From Amoebophrya sp. A120 (taxonomy: Eukaryota > Protista > Dinoflagellata): a stretch of 64,000 nucleotides of DNA. Below the pieces are notes generated by a model. That model searched no databases and had not been told where the DNA came from. It saw only the letters and a program-made list of their open reading frames with translations. Every line of letters starts with the position of its first letter. The first letter of the stretch is position 1. Both the position numbers and the translations under genes were made by a program. Positions 54,747-64,000 of this stretch are shown here, piece by piece. The stretch spans positions 3,541,620 through 3,605,619 of the forward strand of contig CAJINV010000003.1 of assembly GCA_905178155.1 (NCBI GenBank), in the 5' to 3' direction.

Positions 54747-57267
54747 TCACCACAAAATAGTGGAGGCCACGAAGAGGGCAGCCACTCCAAGGAGAAGTGA
54801 CATGCCGCCCGTGGTCGTGCTGGTTGCTGCGCTGGTGGCCACCATCCCTCCCTCAGCGACCGCCGAGAGGGTGCTGTTCCAGGTGTCGTACTGGTAGAAG
54901 TCGATAATGTCAACAACACCGTCCGTCTTCCGCAGCCCGACTGGAGGCTTGAAATCGTTGGGATAGGAAAACAATTCGCAATTCAGAGTTGGCACTCGCG
55001 CTTCCCGACGGATCAGAAACTGGAACGCGTTGCAAGTGGCCGTTTGCAGGCACAGTTCTGCGCAATCCGCGGCCGTCATGACGTAGGTCAAGCTCAGAAT
55101 CGTGAGACCCGGAAAATTCCGTATCGCCTCGAAGTTCGAGTACGGCAAGTAGTTGATCATAGCGCCCTGTTTAGAATATCGTTTAAAGATTGCAGCAGTT
55201 AGTACTTGGATGTTCAAGAAGTCCCTTCCTCTAGCTTTATCTACTTTTAGTTTATTGCGGGTCGTCGTGGGTTGGTCCTTCACACATGCTTAAGCTTCGC
55301 TTTCGCAATGGCACCACACGCAAGTCCATATAGAACCAACTACTCTGTCTTGAGTACTCACCAAAAAAAATAGATTTTTTATACCGTTTTCTTCCAGATG
55401 CACGAGCCTTCAGTGCTGTGTTGCACCGCGTCCAAGATGGCTCGGCTGCACATTCGGACGATGCCGTACTTTGGAAAAGTCTGGAAGGTGAGGTTGATGG
55501 GGTAATTGCTGCTCGCCGTCAGGTTCCACTGGTTGTACTGGGTGGTGCTTCCCTCGAGCACAAAGCCGCCGCCGGGCAGCAAAATGTTGGTGGGAATTTG
55601 TGGCGGCGGTGGGGGCGCGGTGGTCATAACCGGCAGCATGGTCGTCGCAGATGGAGGGTACAGCGCATGGTGGACTGCCTGCAAGTCCAGCCGATTCATC
55701 AAGGACACTGAGTAGATCAGCGGCTCGCACGCTTGCTGATACACGCCTTGACAGTTTTTGTCTCCTTTGCAGGCGTTCTCAGCCTCTTGCAAGGCACGAG
55801 CACCCACATACTGTGGACCGTACCTTGAGGTTGTGTTTTTTATTGGTTTCATTTCTCATCTCGACGGGGATTACAGTACCGGCTCATTTTGAACCAGGAT
55901 CATGCAATCATGAAAAGTATTCAATTTTCTATCACGCGCAATAAATCAGAATTGACCACATCGAGTCTGTAGTACATTCCGCCGTAACACTGCGCGAATG
56001 GCTGCTTGACGAAGGTGACCGCAAGGTCGTCGAGCTTGATGCCACTGTACACGCGGTTCAGCATCGGGTACATGTCGTCCCAGGTGATCACCGGCACCCA
56101 CAGCGAGTTGGTCCCCACCTGTAGCTGCCCGGTCTCCTTCATCAGCGTGATGGACGTGGCGTGGTACCCGGGCACTTGCGTGATCAGAACGCACTTCACG
56201 ATCACCGGGCTCCCAAAGTCTGCCCCGATGAAGGCCTTCCCCCGGGGGCACGGGCAGCAGTTGGCTACCCACATGGTGTTCTCGAAGCCGTCCAGCGCTT
56301 TCTTCGCCCGATTCCCGGTGGACATCTGCGGGGTGAGACAGGAGGTAGAGTCCACCTGCACCGAGGACCCGGAACCCGAGCCTTCTCCCGCGGTGCCCAC
56401 GGAAACCACGCTAGAACTCGAGGCCATGGTGTTGATCGTGGGGCCGCTGCGCAGGTCGATGGGAGTCAGTTGCATGTTGCATCCGTCGTCTTCGAAGAAG
56501 GCCACCTCGGACAGCCGCCAGCCGTCCGGTTGGTCCACCGCATTGAAAATACCCCACACCCGGGCGGCCTGCGCGCTCGCGGAGGTCCCGGACTGTAGCA
56601 TGCGCGTGTGCCCGTATGGGGAGCTCGCTTGAGTTGGAAAAAACGCTGAGATTTCCTCGGCTTTGCTCTTTTGATTGATCAAAGCAGGTTTTGTTCCTTT
56701 AGCTGCTCCGCCTCCATGAAGAACATCTAGAGCTGCAATAGCGTTCTTTTCCGTGATGTCCCGCCCTGAAGCGGATAGCAATCGGTCTGGCTGCTGGCCA
56801 CTGGCCAAATCCACCCCGGCGGATGCGATTTGTTCCTGTTCGTGCTGGTCAATCCAGTGCTGAAGTGGCCCGGGGTAAAACTGCTGTGGTCTAGTAATGT
56901 GCGGCGTCTGGCCGCGCAGATCCCACTCCGACACGACGGCTCCGAGAGCAGCGTTCGTGGCGTGCTGTGCAGACAACGTACTGTCAGCGAAAAACTTCTT
57001 CTTGTGAGGCGGACTGTACGCTGTACCTTCTTGATCAATGTCCGCAGTACTTGCTGCGGTTCGCCGGAGGTGCGTGGTCTCCGGCGGACCCTGCGTGAGC
57101 GGCTCGTCTTGCGAATTCTTTTTCGCGTCATCTTCTTTCTGCGCCGTCGACGAAGACGACGAAGATGACTGGACAGACAATGATGGTGCGGAAGACGAGG
57201 ACGCAGCTCCCAGCGAAGCCAAAAGGAATCCTGCTCCGTGATAAAACGACAGGCGTCGACGCGTCAT
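54747..57267 (-). CDS. Secreted/surface protein: signal peptide, discoidin (F5/8C)-like domain, Cys-rich module, PAN/apple-like domain, hydrophobic C-terminus (GPI or TM); 3 exons
   Basis: MTRRRLSFYHGAGFLLASLGAASS; KALDGFENTMW...FIGADFGSPVIVKCV; ACKGDKNCQGVY; DCAELCLQTATCNAFQF; terminal SLLLGVAALFVASTILW. GT-AG joins GGM|YGPQY and KKT|GAMI. Confidence 0.7.
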
Positions 57268-57854
57268 GGTTCGCAATTTTTGTTTGCCGTATTGGTATTT
57301 TATTACCAACCGACTTCGATTTGAAGAGCGAGCAACGCTTCTGTGGAGCAACACGTCCAACGCGCCACCCTTTCTATTTCTATAAATCACGTGCGAAGAT
57401 GGGTTCGATTTTATTCAAAAATCCGCAAAAGGTTTTCTTTCGTTGGTGTCGACGACGCACGACAATTGCCAGAGTCAAACGAAACGAACAAACTACAGCA
57501 CGACAGCACCTCCACACCTACTTCGCTCCGAAACTCCATATTAAGGGCTTCTTCGCATCGACTCTACCTCTCAATTTTTCAGTAGCGCTAGCGTCCACTC
57601 TTTACCTCTGTTCTCTATGACTCGTCATCTGTTTGATCCCTCATTCGATTTCCCGGACCTGTGGCCGCCGAACAAGTTCGCAAAATCAAGTTGCATTTGG
57701 TATCACTGCTGTGAAAACATCTCCGATGTTGGTGTCGTGATGGATCAAATTGAAAGGAGTCCTTGAAATTGGATGTATTCGTTTTCGTGCCACACACTAA
57801 GGAAAGAAATATATCCTCGAGCACGCGGGCTACACTGAAGTTTATTCACACTGA

Positions 57855-59259
57855 CTACAACGCGCAGGTCTTAGACACTAAAAAAGTCAGCAGCAACATG
57901 AAGCCGTTAACCAGTAAGGCCAAAAATGCGACGAAGGCAAACCAGTAACTCCATCCCTTCGCGTACAGTACCAGCATGAACTGGTATGGAAATGCGCCCG
58001 TCTCGTGATACACGAAGACAAGCAGGGTCAGGTAGTAGGAGGCGAAAATGAGAATGAACGCACCGTTGTACCAGATATTTTCTGGTGGCAACGCCACGGC
58101 ACAAATGCCCGGTCTTCGCAGGAACAGCAAATCTACCAGGGCCGCAGTCAACCCGAGCACGTGCTGCGTGTGCATCGCCCGCTTCAGATATTGTGAGGAA
58201 AAATCCCCCTGCCCATATTGAAAGCGCGTCCTTCTGAAAATCTGTGATGCGGATTTGTGGCCACAAATCCTGTCTGTCTTGTATGCAGGCAAATCCAGAG
58301 AATCCGCCGCATTTAGCAGGCGACTTGTGATGCTGTTGGGCCTACACCATCAACATTTTTCATGCTAGTAGGAGCCTACGCCAAAACATCGCGGCTCAGG
58401 CTTGGCATATGCCTGCAGTCCTCTACTGCAAGACAAATCTGATTCGTGTGCTGAAATCCAGCATCAGAAACTTCTTTTTGATATGGGGTGGGGGGATTTT
58501 TCCTTTTGATATCAGATGGAGGGTCCCCTTGGAGGCAGCCCAAACTTCCTCGTGCCTCTGCTGAAAAGCCGGGCTGGGAACGACCAACGCGAGGTACAAC
58601 ACGGTGACGGTTGTGCCCAGAACGGCACAGATCATCGCGTTCGCGCTTGTCAGAAGTGTTAATTTCTGGATCAGCGCTCGCTGCACCGGCAGAACGGAAA
58701 CGGGTACTATAGACACATCAACCATCATCAAACCGCACCGCAAAGCGTTCACCGAGAAATGAATGCACTGCAGGTAGTTGCCGTGTCGAGTGAGAAACAC
58801 CGCGCGGCAAAACCGCGAGAGCTGCACCTTGTGTGTGAAAAAGTCGGGCGGCGGCAATGGGAGTCGATTCAAGTTCTGCTCACCCAGGATGTAGCCGACA
58901 GCCAAAAGCGCAGACAGGAGGAATTCGACAAGGATGTCCTGGTGCGAGGAGGTGATGTGCGCTCTTGCTGGAGACGTTGGCGCTTCCAGTGCGAACACAT
59001 TTTCGCCGTAGAAGCGTCGGACGTTCGACCACCCGGCGAGGGTATACAGAAATAAAAAGTATCGTATGCACACCCAGGTATTCTTAGACACGTACTCCTC
59101 AAGAAACTTCATCTTCTGCTCCTCCGCTGCACTAATACCCACTGGGTTTTTTTTCGCAGAAGGAGATTTGCTGCCCGTCCGATTTCTGCTTTTACCCGCG
59201 GCATTCTTTCTTGCCGGACTTTTCCCTGACTCGCCTTTTTTGCTGCTGTTACGCTTCAT
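57855..59259 (-). CDS. FAR-17a/AIG1 (ADTRP-like) multi-pass membrane protein, 2 exons separated by element 5
   Basis: VFLTRHGNYLQCIHF (FLT motif), AMHTQHV...ALVDLL and VYHETGAFPYQFM parallel AIG1-family motifs. The join GTLH-LKRAMH is in frame. Confidence 0.72.
58189..58511. mobile_element. Introner/MITE-like element 5 (323 bp), different TIR subfamily, TSD TCAGA
   Basis: Left TATTGTGAGGAAAAATCCCCCTGCCCATAT; right end reverse-complements to TATCAAAAGGAAAAATCCCCCCACCCCATAT. TCAGA at 58184-58188 and 58512-58516. Confidence 0.88.
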
Positions 59260-61915
59260 CGTCAACAAATGGTTTGGACGGCGGATTCTTATCGCAAGAA
59301 TTTTCTTCGTTCAACCTTCCGTCGCGACTTTCATGTTCATCGTCATTACTGTGGATGGAGGGTGATGTTTAAGAAAGTTGTACAATCGACAATGCAAATT
59401 GAGATTTCTGTATTGCTTTCTTCATGTGAAGGTGAGAAGTCGTATCGTTGGATAAAAAGCAACTATCTCTAGCAAATCGTATCTGCGTGTCAAATTTCAA
59501 CTATTATTTTTTTGAATGAGGATCGATGTAAGTGAATAGCAGTTTCAGTGACCTCAAGCTCAGGAGATGCAGTTTTCCTTTTTGTTATTTCGTTGATTTC
59601 TCAGCACTGCCGTCGTTTTCGGGACCGATTTCACGAAGAACTTTGACGACCTCGATACCAATTCATTGTGCAGTTATTCTTATTTTGTGTCCTTCCTTGC
59701 TTTGGGCGAAAACTTCAACTCTTGTTTATCACGGGCACAGGGGGCAGGGTCGCCCACGAACAAAAACAGTCCAACAAGACGGAAAGCAAAGTGACCGGAG
59801 ACTGTGGCGTTGCCAAGAGGCAGCCCTCTTCGGGTGAATATTTTTTCAGCGCGCGTGCCTTTACATTACGAGAAAACGGCTTCATATGCAGGGAGAAGAG
59901 GTTTACCATTCAAATACGCACCAAAGGTTTATCTGATAAAGATCTTGGATCCGACGAAAGAAAACGCTAACGCGGTTTTTAAGAGGTTAGAGTACGAATT
60001 TTCCCTAATTGTTGCTGTGCGACTAGCTGCTGCTTCATCGCACCCACACCCGCCACAAGATACTCAGGCAATGCTACCATTAACTGGAGTTTATGGAAGA
60101 CAAAGCGCAAGTTGTGCATTTTATCTGAAAACGCACTGACTGCCGCAGAGACTGCAAGAAAGCACAGAAAAGCATCGATAAAGATGAATGAAGAGAAGGA
60201 AATAAGAATAACATGGACACTACCGGCGCATACTACACAATAAAATGGGCACTGCAACATCGAGTTGTTCTTCTGCACTGTGCGATACAACATCGATATT
60301 GAAACGTGAACTGTGAAAAGTTGTCTCTATGTGTGCCACATGATGAATCTATGTCGGAAGTTGTGTTCGACTTAAGTAGGATGTGATGTTTTCAGATTTT
60401 CATTTCCTTGACTACTAGGTTCATTTTACAGCGGGCCAGTGTCTTTGCACTGGCCGTTCCAGGCCAAAGCCAAACATCCGTCATACAAACAATCATATAG
60501 GGTTTTAGCTGTTGTAAGCTGGGGTGCTTTAACTTTTCCTTTCGTGTTCATTTTATCACTACCTGTTCCTGATGAGTTGAGCCTCATCTTTGTCTTCTTA
60601 CTTTGCGCTACTTACTTGCATCGACATTATAAAGTACTTTGCGTGGGTTCGAAACGGCAGAGCAGCCATCGAAAGCGTTATGAAGTGATCTTTATTTTTG
60701 GCGCGAAAAGAATGTTGTACGTAATGAACAAAGACCGAGCACTACAGCGATAGCTATGATGACAGAAAGCATGAAAAATTCACGAGTGAAAGGAGCAAGA
60801 GCAAAACAGAAGAAAAGGTTGTGAAAATAAAGATGAAAAGTGTAAATGTTCAAACAGAAAAAAAAAAAGAGTGCTAGTGCTGCAGCTACTGCGCCCGGTG
60901 TGCTGCTGCCTTCCGCCGTGACTGAGGACCTGAGTGACCCGAGGTGGATCACACCGCCACCAACCTGGCCAGAGGCATCAACACTACTGCGCGGTGTTGT
61001 TAAAGTCGCTGTACTTACTTGCAGCAGTGTAAAACATGGACGGAGCGAGCATGCCGCTCCATCAGGTAAACGAGATTTAGATAGCGAGAGAGACTAGTCT
61101 TCTTCTTTAGCGTTCTTAAACTTAAGCGAGCTCTGAGCGGAGAGACGGAGAGCATGAGTGTCGTTGAGAATTCTTTAGATGTAGTTTTTTCAGTACGGTG
61201 TACGACGTCCCTGAGTACTCGTTGTTCCCTGCTTCCCGGGCTGATAGATAATGTAGGCATCGTAATCAAACGTCATAATGAGGTCGGAGCCCCAAGTCGG
61301 ATAGTGCACACGGCATTGCGTGTCATCTTCACTATTTTGTGTGTTTGCCTCTAGATGCAGCATTTTAGCTGCAAAGCGCAATAAGGAGATGCGGTACTCC
61401 GACGGAATCTCTTGCTCGCGCAGATGATACCACATTGAATCGTTCCTCTTTTTTTTTGCTGCCTCAGCCTGCTTGTAATATACTCGTACTGTGAATGAAC
61501 AAACTTTGTGTTCTGCTGCTGAATTAAATTGGTACTCTCTTCTCGAAGTTCTACACCCCCACCATAGCGTTTTTCGTGGCGGTGACTCGTCGATCCGCTG
61601 CACTAACTACGAAACTGCATCCTCTAGTTTTTACCATGGGGTGGCGCAAGAACATTTTCATTTCTTCAGTTGATTAAATTATACACGCTTCGAGACAGAG
61701 ATTGTTTACGGTTCCGGAACCATCATGTAGAGAGTATCTCCTGCGATGCGTCGCGTTGCGTGACGTCGATATACTTTTTTTCCGATTTCGATTAGACTAG
61801 GGAACGTTGAGTACATTTGGTGTTTTGATCTGCGGTTTCGTTTGATTTTCCAGTGGAACGGTCGTACGACGTATACTGAATTCATTTCGGTGACACTGCA
61901 ATTTCTGAAACTCAT

Positions 61916-64000
61916 CTAGAAGTGCGGAACGCTGGAGGGGCTGGCGCCGGCAGCCTGTGCGGCTTCCCGCATCTTGATGTTGAGCTGCTGGGCCATGAAG
62001 ACATTGAGCTCCTGAAGCTCCGCAAGCGTGCACCCCGCGATGGAGTCCTTTGCTTGGAGGAAAAAGCTCGAATGTGGTTCGGGCATGTGGTGCTCGCTGC
62101 GGTGGTTGTTGTGCATAAACGGGTTGCTCATCGGTTTCGAGTCCACCAGCGGCGGCGGGGGGCCTCCGTACATAGTCGTCGCTCCCGATGTTGAATGTTC
62201 CATGTGCTCCTTTGGGGAGCTTCCCATGCTGTTGGTGCCCGAGACGAGGACGTTCTGTGTGGAAATAATTTTCAACGATACAGCTTCGAAGTTGACTTCC
62301 TTACACGAGTTCTTGTATCAGCACATGCCTCTTTTGACTTTCATCATAAAAACCAATCGACCGCTCGCCGACCCGAGCGAAGAACTTTAACTGTTGCACG
62401 CACTAGCTAAGTTGTTCCTCAGAGTAAGTAGCTGGCGATTAGTCTCAATTTTTGAAAAAATCAAAGTTGTTCAACATACCGAAACGTCGTTGGCTCGGAG
62501 CTTTCCACTCTTCTCGTCGAGTCCGATTTCAAAGGACACAGGCTCGTTCTTGTGCCATTCCATATCTTCCTCAGCGGGAAAAAAGATTTCAGCCTCCAGG
62601 TGCTCGCTACGGATGAATCCATACTTTCCCTTCACGAAGCTGGCGATCAACCTGTGGTAAATTTTTTCTCGTTTCATCCTCAGCAGAAGATAGAAGTAGT
62701 AAATACACATGAGTAAATGTAGGCATGCAGATCAAATCACCACGTAGATCTGATGACACGACTGAAATACGATGCAAATCCCCCCTGAAATCCACGATCC
62801 ACAAATCACATCATGAGCGAAGAGCGATGTACACAGAGCGATGATGATGAAATGATGATGATGCTCTTGTGCCTTTTCCCATGCTGACAGTTACGTGGAT
62901 ACTAGTGCTGTAGGGTGTACACCGCCCTACATGGTGGTATTAGTGTTCTAACAGTAAATGAAATAAGCCTCTTTCATCTCGATCTCGGGCACGAGTGGTT
63001 CTACTCTTTTGCTTTTGTTTTTGACATCGATTTATTCGGAGATGGCAAGAAAAGATCATGATGTTACCCGTTGACTCGGCCCCTGGGCAACATTCCGCGT
63101 CTTCTCTTTTGGTAGTCGACGTTTTTCCTTTCCTCTTCCTCCATGTGGCGCTTCAGGGGATTGGTCATAGCCCGGGGGCGGGCTGCTTCTGGGAGCACCA
63201 TCGGCGCCATTGCCGCAGGAGTCTGCATGAGCATCCCCGGCATCTGCATGAGCATCATCTTCTGCTCCATTGCCGTCTGTTGATTTATTCATTGTAAGGA
63301 GTAAATGCAAAATACTTCTCTCGTTCTTTCCATGCCCGGGCAAAATACTTCAAGTGACAAAATTCATAATCAATCAAGTTCGATCATTGGATGGCCATAA
63401 CACTTATGGCTGGACGAGCTCGACGGCGGAAATAAAAAATCACACACAACAGTAGTATACCGGTATGTTCGGGAAGCGGATGAAAGTGGCCGAAAGGCCC
63501 TGCGGCGACTTCTCCACGCTGAACATGACATTCTGCCTCATCAAATCCAGACCCTGATGCTCCACTTCGATGATGTGCCCTGGGATGAAATGGATGAGTT
63601 ATCATCAAAATTTTCATCCTTCAGACAAAGGCGCCCAGTTAAAGTACAAAAAATATAAATCAAAGCAACACTAACCATGGGAAAGAAACAACCACAACAT
63701 CAAAAGCGTCACACAAAAAAAAAAAAACATCATGAAAAACATTATAGTCTTTTTAGTACTTGACGCCATGAAAATGTCCTTCTTTTCCCCGGCAAGCTTG
63801 TCGAGCGCGGGTGGGCACTCGATGAAGCCAAAGCCCTTGGCTGCGTTCCAGGATTTGACGAAGGAACGAAATGTGGGCACGCTGGTGGGGTCCTGGATGT
63901 TCTCGGCGCTGTACTTACCACCGTTGTTGTGCTTCAGGGTGAAGCGCAGTGTGCAACCAACCAGTTTTTGTTCGTTGTACAGTTGTCCTGGCAGGTCATC
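61916..64000 (-). CDS. Multi cold-shock-domain nucleic-acid-binding protein, 5' end outside the window; at least 5 exons
   Basis: End of one CSD (LRFTLKHNNGGKYSAENI), a second (FVKSWNAAKGFGFI...DIFMAS-RH...VMFSVEKSPQGLSATFI) and a third (RVNG|LIASFVKGKYGFI...EIFF...VSFEIGLDEKSGKLRANDV). Introns are GT-AG. Confidence 0.85.

Noticed and set aside
59300-61900. Short ORFs in the spacer between the AIG1-like and CSD genes (e.g. 61190-61603)
   Set aside because: AT-richer sequence with no motif, and I could not build a gene model. A small divergent gene is not excluded.

Overview
Eukaryotic genomic DNA, not prokaryotic. There are about 16 protein-coding genes, all on the minus strand, with short GT-AG introns and no rRNA, tRNA or CRISPR. 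Recognisable genes are a PX-domain protein, a large Ser/Thr kinase, CWF19L2, ABHD13, an NCLDV D6/D11-like SF2 helicase, CDC45, a PRP4-type kinase, a WNK/NRBP-like pseudokinase, a secreted discoidin/PAN surface protein, an AIG1/FAR-17a protein and a multi-cold-shock-domain protein. The most striking structure is five MITE-like elements (227-364 bp, TAT...ATA inverted ends, 5-bp target-site duplications) inserted in coding exons. Removing an element plus one duplication restores or extends the reading frame in every case, yet none of the five can be cut in that register as GT-AG (one fits GC-AG), so they look like introner-type non-canonical introns. Together with unidirectional gene order, this resembles what is described for the parasitic dinoflagellate Amoebophrya (taxon inferred, not proven). 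A 96-bp-arm hairpin whose only mismatches are G-U pairs on the gene-free strand is also unexplained. All exon structures were inferred by eye without transcript data.
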